Source: Myxococcales bacterium (GTDB lineage Bacteria > Desulfobacterota > Binatia > HRBIN30). From it: 64,000 bases of DNA. Location of the stretch: contig JBBILD010000006.1 in assembly GCA_037445065.1 (NCBI GenBank), positions 137,187 through 201,186 on the forward strand, written 5' to 3'. A program made the position numbers and the translations under genes. How positions within the stretch are numbered: position 1 is the stretch's first letter; each line of letters starts with the position of its first letter. The notes beneath the pieces are model-generated. The model was not told the DNA's origin. It worked only from the letters and a program-made list of their open reading frames with translations, and ran no database searches. Shown here in pieces: positions 1 to 8,803 of this stretch.

Positions 1-32
1 AAACAGAGTTAGGCGTTTTCGGTCGGAGCAGA

Positions 33-362
33 ATGGTGCCCAGGAACCCAAGCACCCAGCCGGTTGTGTCGGTGCGGGCAAAACCCAGCCTTGCCGAAGC
101 AGTCACGGCGCTGCGCTTGACATGGCGGTTGCTGCGCGACGGGCGGGTCCCACTGTGGGCCAAGCTCGTGCCGTTGGGTGCGCTTCTGTATGTGTTGCTT
201 CCGTATGACATTCTCCCCGACGTCCTGCCTGGACTGGGGCAAGTGGATGACGCGATCTTGCTGTGGGCCGCCTACCGTTTCTTCGTGTGGCTCTGTCCGA
301 GCGAGGTCGTGGACGAGCATCGTGCTGCTCTCGCGCGCCGCCTGACTCCCGGAACCGGGTGA
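33..362 (+). CDS. DUF1232/YkvA-like small membrane protein
   Basis: Translation carries the motif LLPYDILPDVLPGLGQVDDAILLW, characteristic of the DUF1232 family. ATG at 33. Confidence 0.55.
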   Translation: MVPRNPSTQPVVSVRAKPSLAEAVTALRLTWRLLRDGRVPLWAKLVPLGALLYVLLPYDILPDVLPGLGQVDDAILLWAAYRFFVWLCPSEVVDEHRAALARRLTPGTG

Positions 363-465
363 TGACCGGCAGGCAACCGCCAGAACCGCTAGTGGGTGGA
401 GCGGAGAGACGAACGCCAGTACGCGTGCAGGTGAAAGCAGAACGCTGCGGTGATCATCACACCGC

Positions 466-1104
466 TCACCGCAGCCAAGTGCCGATCCGGTGGAAGTTCC
501 AGCCCGACCAGTACACGAAGGTAGCGCGGCCTTTGATTGCCTTCTCGTCGGCAAAGCCCCAGTAGCGACTATCGAGACTTTCGTCGCGGTTGTCCCCCAT
601 CACGAAAAACTTTCCAGGTGGAACGACCACTGGGCCGAAGTTGTCACGCGGCACGCCGTTGACGTCCTGCGGAAATTTGAAGTGGGCATGAGGATCGGGC
701 GCAGGCTCGCCATTGATGTAGAGGCGCTTGTGGCGGACTTCGACTCGGTCGCCTGCCACGGCCACCACGCGTTTGATCAAATCCGTTTTGCCGTCAGCCG
801 GGGAGACAAAGACGACGATATCGCCGCGCCGTGGACTGCCCCAATGGACTACGGGAACAACGATGCCTGTGAACGGTACGTCGAAGTGCAGGCCATAGGC
901 GAGCTTATTGACGAACAAGTGATCCCCGATCTGGATGGTGGGCAGCATCGAGCCGGACGGTACCCAGAAGGCCTCCACGATGGTGGCGCGAATCGCCAGC
1001 GCAACGAGCAAGGCAACGGCCAAAGACTCGAGATTCTGGCGCAGTTTCGACTTCGCAGCGGCGGAGTTCTGGTTGGCTGTGGCCTTGACTTTCGCTTCTG
1101 ACAT
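466..1104 (-). CDS. lepB: signal peptidase I
   Basis: Catalytic Ser motif SGSMLPT, Lys box, and GDNRDESLDSRYWGF are all present. The tracked ORF opens with GTG at 1116. ATG at 1104 is preferred because a GAGGT RBS sits 5-6 nt upstream. Confidence 0.9.
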   Translation of the reverse strand: MSEAKVKATANQNSAAAKSKLRQNLESLAVALLVALAIRATIVEAFWVPSGSMLPTIQIGDHLFVNKLAYGLHFDVPFTGIVVPVVHWGSPRRGDIVVFVSPADGKTDLIKRVVAVAGDRVEVRHKRLYINGEPAPDPHAHFKFPQDVNGVPRDNFGPVVVPPGKFFVMGDNRDESLDSRYWGFADEKAIKGRATFVYWSGWNFHRIGTWLR

Positions 1105-1112
1105 CGGTGACC

Positions 1113-1739
1113 TCACGCAAGACTGGGCTTCTCAACATCGCGTTTTCGCACCGTGCGTGCAACCAGCGCCGCCTCTGCCGCCTTGTCCCGGCGCGATACC
1201 CCCGGGCTGCCCAGCAGGTAAAAGCGCAGTGGAAGATCAGCGGCGAGACGAACTCCAATGCGGGTTGTGGTGACGATCCGTTCGGAGCGCCTGCGGAAAC
1301 CAGGCTCGACCCAGATGTGGGGGTCGGTGACCAGGTCGCGACCGTTGTCTTGCCGCGTCAAGCCGAGAACTCGTGCCACCCGCCCCGGCCCTTGCGCCCC
1401 TTCGATGTGATCGAGCCCGCGGATCAGCACTGCTCCGGCGACTCCCTCCTCTTCGGCAACCACGTTGACGCAATGGTGCATGCCATACGTGAAGTACACG
1501 TACAGCAGCCCGGGGGTGCCGAACATCACTTGATTGCGAGCTGTCCGCTTTCCACCGGCCGCATGGGAGGCGGCGTCTTGGGTGTACGCTTCGGTCTCCA
1601 CGATGCGGCCCCGCAAGATTCGGCCATCTTTGCGGTGGCAAAAAAAGCAGCCGAGCAGCTTCCTGGCCAGCCGCACCGTATCGCCAGCAAAGTCTTGCCG
1701 GCCGAGGCGGTTCACCAGGCGATCGGTCGTGGTACCCAT
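1113..1739 (-). CDS. DNA-3-methyladenine glycosylase (MPG/AAG family)
   Basis: Motifs IVETEAY, AASHA, GKRT.RN, LLYVYF.YGMHHC.NVV. Lies immediately upstream of lepB on the same strand. Confidence 0.85.
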   Translation of the reverse strand: MGTTTDRLVNRLGRQDFAGDTVRLARKLLGCFFCHRKDGRILRGRIVETEAYTQDAASHAAGGKRTARNQVMFGTPGLLYVYFTYGMHHCVNVVAEEEGVAGAVLIRGLDHIEGAQGPGRVARVLGLTRQDNGRDLVTDPHIWVEPGFRRRSERIVTTTRIGVRLAADLPLRFYLLGSPGVSRRDKAAEAALVARTVRKRDVEKPSLA

Positions 1740-2836
1740 GAGTCAAGATGGCGCGCGGTTGTTGCTCTTTTTCCCCACAGGCCTGGGATGAACGTCTGGC
1801 ACTGAGGGCAGCGGCCGTCTTCCAAGCGGACGCGGAGGACGCGAAACCCCCGCCGCTCCACCACCGTCGTCTTGCAGTTCGGGCAGCGTGTATTCTCGTA
1901 AGCTCCGACCTGGCCCGGAGCGTTGCCAGCATACACGAATCGCAGTCCGGCGCGCTCGCCGAGCTCCGCCGCGCGCAAGAGCTGCTCGATTCGGGTGCCG
2001 TCCCGGTCGGTCATTTTGTAATCGGGATGGAAGGCTGTGACATGCCAAGGAATGTCTGGCGAAACGCTGGCGAGAAATTCGACCAGTGCCCGCAGTTCCT
2101 CCTCGCTGTCGTTGAAGCCAGGTACAAGCAAGGTCACGACTTCCACCCACACGCCGAGTTCGACCAGCCTGCGGATCGTCTCCTTGACCGTCTCTAAGAC
2201 CCCACCGAGCTTGCGGTAGCGCCGGTCATCGAAGCCCTTGAGATCCACTTTGTACGCGTCAATCACCGGCCGCAGGTATTCCAAAACCTCTGCGGTTGCG
2301 TTCCCGTTCGACACGTAGGACGTCAGGAGCCCTCGCGCCCGCGCCGCGCGGAAGACCTCTGCGGCCCATTCGCTGGCGATCAAAGGTTCGTTGTACGTGC
2401 TGGTGACCATTTCGGCTCCGTGCTCGACCGCCAGGCGGACGATCTCTTCGGGCTCGATTCTCTTGGGCGGAACGCCGGCGATGGGGTCCCGCAACGCCTG
2501 CGACGTAATCCAGTTTTGGCAGTAGGCGCAGTGGTAATCGCAGCCGAGCATGCCGAAACTCAGCGCCAATGCCCCAGGAAGTACATGGAAAAACGGTTTT
2601 TTCTCGATCGGGTCGCACTGCAGTCCGGCGACGTAGCCCCAGGGAACGTAGAGTTTGCCCTGGCGATGAAAGCGGACTTTGCAAATTCCGACCTTGCCTT
2701 CCGGCAGATAACACCGATGGCCACAGGCCAGGCAGCGCAAGCCTCCATCGGCGCTCGGCTGCACCAGGTCCGAGCGCGCCACGCTGAATTGCTCGATCCA
2801 CGCCTGCAGCGTTTCTTGAGCTGCCGTTTGTTTCAC
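1712..2836 (-). CDS. radical SAM enzyme, AmmeMemoRadiSam-type
   Basis: N-terminal LRCLACGHRCYLPEGKVGICKVR followed by CDYHCAYCQNW. The ORF runs up to 3145, but the ~130 aa before the Cys cluster are low-complexity. GTG at 2836 or M40 at 3028 are candidate starts. Confidence 0.7.
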   Translation of the reverse strand: MKQTAAQETLQAWIEQFSVARSDLVQPSADGGLRCLACGHRCYLPEGKVGICKVRFHRQGKLYVPWGYVAGLQCDPIEKKPFFHVLPGALALSFGMLGCDYHCAYCQNWITSQALRDPIAGVPPKRIEPEEIVRLAVEHGAEMVTSTYNEPLIASEWAAEVFRAARARGLLTSYVSNGNATAEVLEYLRPVIDAYKVDLKGFDDRRYRKLGGVLETVKETIRRLVELGVWVEVVTLLVPGFNDSEEELRALVEFLASVSPDIPWHVTAFHPDYKMTDRDGTRIEQLLRAAELGERAGLRFVYAGNAPGQVGAYENTRCPNCKTTVVERRGFRVLRVRLEDGRCPQCQTFIPGLWGKRATTARHLDSWVPRPIAW

Positions 2837-3026
2837 GGCTTGTTGTATAGAGGCAGCTCCGACTGCGAACAATTCCAGCCATGGCGCATCGCTACGGGAG
2901 ACGGCTCCGCAGGTGCGGGGACCACCAATGCCTGGTCGATGGGCCGCGGGCGTTTGTGGCCAGTACGACCTGACGCACCGCGCCAGCCGGATACCATGAA
3001 TCCGGGAGCTGTGCTTTAACGGGCGC

Positions 3027-4034
3027 ATGGTGATGCGTCGACTGGGGCTGGCGGCAATCGGGGCATTGCTCGCAGGGTTGTTCGTTTGGTGGTGGTGGGC
3101 GGTGGAAGAGCGACGAGAAATGGCGATTCGGGGCTCGGGAATCATCGAGGTGACCGAGGTGGACGTAGCGTTTGAGGTGCCGGGAACGATCGCCGAGCGC
3201 TATGTGGACGAGGGAGCGCTGCTCGATCGAGGGGAGCCCATCGCGCGGCTGGACGAGCGCGAGTACCGCCTGCAAGTCGAGCGCTGGCAAGCCGCGAAGG
3301 CTGCGGCCGAGGCGCGGTACGAGCTATTGAAGCGAGGTCCCCGCGGACAAGAAGTGGATCAGGCGCTAGCGGCATTGGAGTCGGCGCAAGCGGAATTCGA
3401 GGTTCGCCAGCGCGACTTCTCGCGAGTCGAAGAGCTGTTTCGCCGAGGAGTGGTTTCCCAGGCAGAGTGGGATCGCGCTCGGGGGGCTCTAACCGCCGCG
3501 CAAAGCGCGCGCGATGCCGCACGCTCCCGGCTCGAGATGTTGAAAGAAGGGTTTCGTACCGAAGAAATCGAGCAGGGACGTGCGCAGGTACGCGAGGCCG
3601 AGAAGGCGTTGGCGATTGCGGAACTCAACTTGGCGCGCTGCCAGCTCTTTGCTCCGATCGCGGGGCGAGTGCTCTCCAAAAACCGTGAGGTGGGAGAAGT
3701 CGTGGGCCCCGGGACCCCGGTGGTGACCATGGGTGATCTCACTTTTGTTTGAAATACTTGGTACGTGAGCGAGCGCGACCTCTGCAAGTTGCGGCTGGGG
3801 ATGGCGGGGCGCGTTTACGTGGATGCGTATCCAGGCCGGCCCTTTCCAGCACGGGTGAGTTACATCGCGGACAAATCCGAATTCACGCCGAAGAACGTCC
3901 AGACCCAGGAAGAGCGCGCCAAGTTGGTCTATCGGGTCAAGCTGGAACTCGCGAACGAAGAGGGGATTCTCAAGCCAGGGATGCCTGCCGATGTAGTGAT
4001 CCCGCTCGACTCTGCAGTTGCCGAAGGCCACTGA
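3027..4034 (+). pseudogene. HlyD-family membrane fusion protein interrupted by an in-frame TGA at 3750-3752
   Basis: ORFs 3027..3752 and 3765..4034 share a frame. Together they form one HlyD protein: TM helix, coiled coil, then ...VDAYPGRPFPARVSYI.... A single TGA separates them, inside an unusually AT-rich 25-bp patch. Confidence 0.55.
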
Positions 4035-4054
4035 TCCATCATAGGTGACGAGAG

Positions 4055-5032
4055 ATGGCGGCAGCCATCGAGGTACGGGATCTGGAGAAAGAGTATCCGC
4101 AGGGCACACGTGCGCTGCGCGGGGTCTCGTTCGAGGTAGAACGCGGGGAGTTGTTCGGGTTGGTGGGTCCCGACGGAGCGGGAAAAACCACCTTGCTTCG
4201 CATTCTGGCAGGGCTGCTCACACCAAGCCGCGGCAGCGTGCGGGTGGACGGCATCGATGTCGTGCAAGATGCTGCGGCGGTAAAGGAGCGGATCGGATAC
4301 ATGTCGCAGCGCTTTAGCCTGTGCGAAACACTGACGGTCTTGGAAAACCTGTTGTACGCGAGCGAAATTTGGCACCTGCGCCCGCAGCAGCGCAGAGAGC
4401 GGATCGCGCAGCTACTGCGTTTCAGCCGGCTCGCCCCGTTTCAGAACCGCCTCACGCGCAACCTCTCCGGCGGGATGAAGCAAAAACTCGCCTTGAGTGT
4501 GGCGCTCGTGCATCATCCGCGTATTTTACTTTTGGACGAGCCGACCATCGGTGTGGACCCTCTTTCGCGCCGGGATTTCTGGCTGATCTTGTACGAGCTG
4601 TTGCGCGAGGGTTCGACGATTTTCTTGTCCACTCCATACATGGACGAAGCCGAGCGGTGCTCTCGGGTTGCGTTTTTGCTGGACGGGCGCCTGATCGCAG
4701 TGGGGAGCCCGGCGGAGCTGCGCAAGTCGCTGCCCGTTGTCGTGTTGGATTTGCACTGCGCCGATGCTCGCCTGGCGCGCACGCGTCTCAGCCAACTCTC
4801 ACGCTTTGCACATCTCGCCCCATTCGGCGAGCACCTCCATGTGACGATCCCGCGGGAGGGCGTGGACCCGAAAGAGTGGGTGGAAGCGGCGCAAGCAGCG
4901 GGCGTGGGGGTGCGGAGCTGGCGGGTTAGCGAGCCATCGCTGGAAGACGTGTTTTTGTTCCTTGCCGCGAATCGAGCGCGCGAGCAGGCAGGGCTACCGG
5001 GTGCACCCTCGGCACCACCCACGCTCGGCTAA
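4055..5032 (+). CDS. ABC transporter ATP-binding protein (ABC-2 type)
   Basis: Walker A GPDGAGKTT, signature LSGGMKQKLAL, Walker B LLLDEPT. Confidence 0.9.
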   Translation: MAAAIEVRDLEKEYPQGTRALRGVSFEVERGELFGLVGPDGAGKTTLLRILAGLLTPSRGSVRVDGIDVVQDAAAVKERIGYMSQRFSLCETLTVLENLLYASEIWHLRPQQRRERIAQLLRFSRLAPFQNRLTRNLSGGMKQKLALSVALVHHPRILLLDEPTIGVDPLSRRDFWLILYELLREGSTIFLSTPYMDEAERCSRVAFLLDGRLIAVGSPAELRKSLPVVVLDLHCADARLARTRLSQLSRFAHLAPFGEHLHVTIPREGVDPKEWVEAAQAAGVGVRSWRVSEPSLEDVFLFLAANRAREQAGLPGAPSAPPTLG

Positions 5033-5042
5033 AGAGCGCGGC

Positions 5043-5765
5043 TTAGGGCGCACACCCGGCCAGTGCCACCCCCACGGCGGCAATGAGTTCGTCAACGGTA
5101 ATGATCCCGTCCTGGTTGGCATCTCCGGCGGCGCACTGTGCAAGCGGGGCCTGTTCGAGAGCGATGTTTACCATGAGTAAGACGTTGTTGATCGTGACTT
5201 CCCCGTCGCCATCGCAGTCCCCGATACACCCCGTTGGAGGTTGCGTGGGAGTGGGGGTTGGAAAGGTGCCTTCACCTTGGCAGGTGCCGAGGATGCAATC
5301 GCTATCGTCCACACACGCAAAGCCGTCTCCGGAACATACGCGGCCTGTGGCCCAGCAAAGCGAACCGGGGCAGTGTTCGTTGCGTAAGCAGGACAAGCCC
5401 TTGAGTTCCCCTCCAAGGCAAATCTTCTGCGTGCCTCGACAGGGCGCCGCCGAGCCGCAGTTGTACGCGGGATCGCAGCACTCGCCCTGATATGGGCCGC
5501 CCTCGCAGGTGCCGAGTTCGGGATCGTTTGTGCAGGAGCCGACGCTCGAGCATTGGCTTCCCGGACAATCACAGTCGAAGCCGTCGTCTGGGCCACCGTC
5601 GCAGACTCCCTGTGCGACCACGCAGGAGCCGCTCGGGCAGTCTTCCACGCGGGCGCACGGGCGGCCGTCGTTCGGTCCACCGGAGCAGAGGCGTTGTTGA
5701 GCCAGTAGTTCGCTAGCGAAGGAGCACGCGAGCAGCAGGAAGAAGGCGCGGGCGGTTGTCATCAT
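5043..5765 (-). CDS. secreted cysteine-rich repeat protein with C-terminal dockerin-like double repeat
   Basis: Signal peptide MMTTARAFFLLLACSFASELLA. Many CxxGxPxDGxxC-type repeats follow, then a PT linker (TPTPTQPPT), then GDCDGDGEVTINNVLLMVNIAL...GDANQDGIITVDELIAAV. Confidence 0.7.
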   Translation of the reverse strand: MMTTARAFFLLLACSFASELLAQQRLCSGGPNDGRPCARVEDCPSGSCVVAQGVCDGGPDDGFDCDCPGSQCSSVGSCTNDPELGTCEGGPYQGECCDPAYNCGSAAPCRGTQKICLGGELKGLSCLRNEHCPGSLCWATGRVCSGDGFACVDDSDCILGTCQGEGTFPTPTPTQPPTGCIGDCDGDGEVTINNVLLMVNIALEQAPLAQCAAGDANQDGIITVDELIAAVGVALAGCAP

Positions 5766-5876
5766 TGTGTTTCAGCTATTCGCGTTTGGCGCAGCAGAGT
5801 CAACGCTTTCGTTTCGCACTGGCATAGCAACCGGGGGTTCGCTACTCGAACAAGCCCGCCGCAAGGAGGAAGCGAG

Positions 5877-6437
5877 ATGGCTGCGACTCCGTCCAAGATG
5901 GTTCCCCTAGGCACCAAGGCTCCATCGTTTCGATTGCCCGACCCTGCGGGCAAAATCGTTTCCCTTGACGATTTCGCTGACAAACCGGCGCTCCTCGTAA
6001 TGTTCATCTGCAACCATTGTCCGTATGTGAAGCATATCCGCTCGGCTTTGGCACAGTTCGCTCGGGAGTATGTTCCGAAGGGCCTAGCCATCGTCGGGAT
6101 CAACTCGAACGACATTTCCCAGTATCCGGAGGACAGCCCGGAGAAGATGGCTGAGGAGGCGCGCGAGGCAGGGTATATCTTTCCCTACCTCTTCGATGAG
6201 ACGCAGGAAGTTGCGAAGGCGTACGGGGCGGCGTGCACTCCGGATTTCTTCCTGTTCGACCGCGAGCGAAAACTGGTGTACCGCGGGCAATTCGACGACA
6301 GCCGCCCTGGCTCGAACGTCCCAGTAACCGGGGCCGACTTGCGCGCCGCGGTGGACGCAGTACTGGCAGGCCGACCTGTGCCCGAGAAACAGAAGCCGAG
6401 CTTGGGCTGCAATATCAAGTGGAAGCAGGCCAGTTGA
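5877..6437 (+). CDS. thioredoxin-fold thiol-disulfide oxidoreductase (AhpC/TSA-like)
   Basis: CNHCP active-site motif within a thioredoxin-like layout. AGGAGG RBS at about 5860. Confidence 0.8.
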   Translation: MAATPSKMVPLGTKAPSFRLPDPAGKIVSLDDFADKPALLVMFICNHCPYVKHIRSALAQFAREYVPKGLAIVGINSNDISQYPEDSPEKMAEEAREAGYIFPYLFDETQEVAKAYGAACTPDFFLFDRERKLVYRGQFDDSRPGSNVPVTGADLRAAVDAVLAGRPVPEKQKPSLGCNIKWKQAS

Positions 6438-6453
6438 GGAGCGCGCCCGCACC

Positions 6454-7437
6454 CTAAAACCGGTCCGAGATCCAGTACACACTGCGTTCGGGCGGAAACA
6501 GCTCGGCCCATAGGGAATCCTGCTCGGTAGAGGCGAGTGAAGTTCCCATTTTCGATGCAAGCCGGCGCGGGTCGAGCACCCGCCACATGCAGAACAAGTC
6601 CTCGACGCGGTTCAGGGTGAGGCCGCGCACTTGCAGAGCGGCACGGATCTCTGGCTCATGCTCCAAGTGGGCAAGCGTACCGGGGAGGTGCGAGGCTCTG
6701 CGCTCGTGGTGGGCCAGTGCGAGTTGGACCAAGGCCTGGGTGTGACCGGGTGCAAAAGCGTGCTCCATGACCACGTTGAGGTCGAACAACTGTGTGGCGC
6801 GCGCGTATGCCAAGACTTGTCCATGCTGGCAGGCGACCAGGAAGGACTCGTCTGGGTTTCCCGCGTAACGGAGCTGGCCTTGCCAGTAGGCTACGTCACG
6901 GATGGTGCAGCCGTACAGCGCCTGCGTGTACGCGTCGTACAGGGCGCGCACGGCGGGCAAATCGTCGCGAGCAGCTGGCCGGACTTCATAGGTGGGTGGA
7001 GTGTCATCCGCGGCCGCGGTGCCGGTAATCAAGGTCAGGAGCCGGGGGTGGCTTCGATAACCGAGGGCTCCGTAGAACTCGAGTCGGGAGGCAAACAGTA
7101 GCGACACCTCGAAGGGCTGCGCGGCGAGCTGCTCTAGGCCGAAGCGCAGCAACTTGAAGGCGAGGCCGCGCCTGCGGTCAGTTGGGGTGGTGAACACGTT
7201 GCCGACTCCAGCGACTTCGATTTCCCCGCAGGAAGCGCGAACCCGTTTGCGGAAGACCTGGAAGGTGCTCACGATCCGAGGTCCATCGCAAGCGACAAAG
7301 CAGAGATCGTCGCGAAACGCTGGATCGTGGTAAAAGTAGCGGGCAAAAAAATCGCGGTCCCCGTACCACTCGCGCAACAAATCCAAAACCGCCTCTCGCT
7401 CACCCGGGCGAATGGAGCGGAACTCGATGCACGACAT
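6454..7437 (-). CDS. GNAT family N-acetyltransferase
   Basis: Acetyl-CoA-binding core GVGNVFTTPTDRRRGLAFKLL. The tracked ORF begins with TTG at 7473. ATG at 7437 is given here, but the start is uncertain. Confidence 0.55.
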   Translation of the reverse strand: MSCIEFRSIRPGEREAVLDLLREWYGDRDFFARYFYHDPAFRDDLCFVACDGPRIVSTFQVFRKRVRASCGEIEVAGVGNVFTTPTDRRRGLAFKLLRFGLEQLAAQPFEVSLLFASRLEFYGALGYRSHPRLLTLITGTAAADDTPPTYEVRPAARDDLPAVRALYDAYTQALYGCTIRDVAYWQGQLRYAGNPDESFLVACQHGQVLAYARATQLFDLNVVMEHAFAPGHTQALVQLALAHHERRASHLPGTLAHLEHEPEIRAALQVRGLTLNRVEDLFCMWRVLDPRRLASKMGTSLASTEQDSLWAELFPPERSVYWISDRF

Positions 7438-7491
7438 GGGAGGCCAGCTTCCATAAAGCGCACGGCGGGGCAAGGGCTCGCAGGCCGCGAG

Positions 7492-8745
7492 TCAGGAATC
7501 GGTGCGAGAGGCACCCGAGAAGCGATCGTTCGGCTGCCCGGGGAGGTCGGGCGGGAACCAGAGGGCAGTATCGTCACGCAGCAAAACTGCGAGCCCAACG
7601 AGTTCGACACCCAGTACGGTTGCTAAGAGGCTGGTGGCGAAGAGCAGCCAGCGCGCCGGCGCAAAAACAGGCCAGGACGTAGAGAAGAGCCACAACGCGG
7701 CGGTCAGCACGCCCACCGACCCGGCAAGGCAGGCCGCACGGAACAGCGGCTGGGCAGAGACCCCGCCCCAAGCACGGGGAAAGCGTTGCGGCGGAACGCT
7801 GGCGGGCATGGCGGCAGCGATTTGTGCGAGAATGGCCAAGCCCGCGCGCGATCCTGCCGCGCAAGCCCACAGCCAGGTGACAAACTCGAGGAGAGTTTCC
7901 GGGATCGATCGGGCAAGCACGAGAAAGCCAGCCATCGTCAAGCTGCAAACCCAGAAAAACCGACACGCCCAGCGACGCAAGCCCGCGAAGGCGCCGTTCG
8001 CCCGAGGTCTAAGCAATGAAGGGGGCGAGCGATCGAACCAAAGCCCGCGGCTGGCACCGGTCCAGGGCCGCATGTTTTCCGGCGCTGGTTCAGGTGCCGG
8101 AACGGACGCCACTGCGACACCGATCTTTTGCAGTGCTGCACGCAGCGATGACGCATCGAGTTCTCCGGTCAGGTCGCGTAGCGCTTGAGCAAGAACGGAA
8201 GTGGGCCCCAAACAGGCGAACCAGTGGCTCTGGGGAGTGACGCTTTGCTGTGGGCGCGAGGCTTGTGGGGTGGGCTGCCACGGCCCATCAGCGCTTACGG
8301 GAGCCTCCATGATTGCCACCCGATCTGAGGTCTCCGCCACCGCCTGCACCAAAGCAAAGAGAGCCGCCGGGTTGCGCGCCAACCCAACCGTAGCCAGGCA
8401 AGTGAAACTGCCGCGAGCGCTGGCGAGCGCCCTTCGGTATACGGCACTCGAGCTTTCCCCCGAACGAGCCGGCAACAATTGCACCGACCCCACTTGTATC
8501 GGCTCTTGTGGGGGAGCGTCCGCTACGTGGGTCTCGAGCACCACTACCTCCAGTCGCGCGAAACCGTAGCCGGCGAGCTTTTCCTCGAGCGCCAGTACGC
8601 GGTCGAGAAGCGAGGCGAGGGAGCCCCCCGAAGGTGCAGGCACGATGAGCGAAAGTCTCCCTCCGCTCACAAGAGGCCGCTCGCAGCTTGGTTCCCCACC
8701 CCTCGGCATGGGCAGTATTTTGCTGCAGGTGCTGGCACGAAGCAC
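7492..8745 (-). CDS. GT2-like glycosyltransferase domain fused to a C-terminal membrane domain (hypothetical)
   Basis: N-terminal LSLIVPAPSGG...EVVVLETH resembles GT2/DPM1-like proteins. The C-terminus has several hydrophobic helices. Its position in a same-strand run with neighbouring genes supports a real gene. Confidence 0.4.
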   Translation of the reverse strand: MLRASTCSKILPMPRGGEPSCERPLVSGGRLSLIVPAPSGGSLASLLDRVLALEEKLAGYGFARLEVVVLETHVADAPPQEPIQVGSVQLLPARSGESSSAVYRRALASARGSFTCLATVGLARNPAALFALVQAVAETSDRVAIMEAPVSADGPWQPTPQASRPQQSVTPQSHWFACLGPTSVLAQALRDLTGELDASSLRAALQKIGVAVASVPAPEPAPENMRPWTGASRGLWFDRSPPSLLRPRANGAFAGLRRWACRFFWVCSLTMAGFLVLARSIPETLLEFVTWLWACAAGSRAGLAILAQIAAAMPASVPPQRFPRAWGGVSAQPLFRAACLAGSVGVLTAALWLFSTSWPVFAPARWLLFATSLLATVLGVELVGLAVLLRDDTALWFPPDLPGQPNDRFSGASRTDS

Positions 8746-8803
8746 GAGGAAAAGTTTGCCTCAGCGCCGGGGGCCACTTGCCGCCAGTTAGCCGCGGAAG
8801 CGT

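Noticed and set aside
1712-3145. Full 477-aa extent of the radical SAM ORF, and similar long N-terminal extensions of the TetR (to 11118), MMPL (from 30185), GT9 (to 27642), DUF2064 (to 43067), lipase (to 25322), PiT (to 40442) and gshB (to 20140) ORFs
   Set aside because: The extensions are low-complexity and overlap divergent genes or promoters. Internal starts with an RBS or a signal peptide fit the families better.
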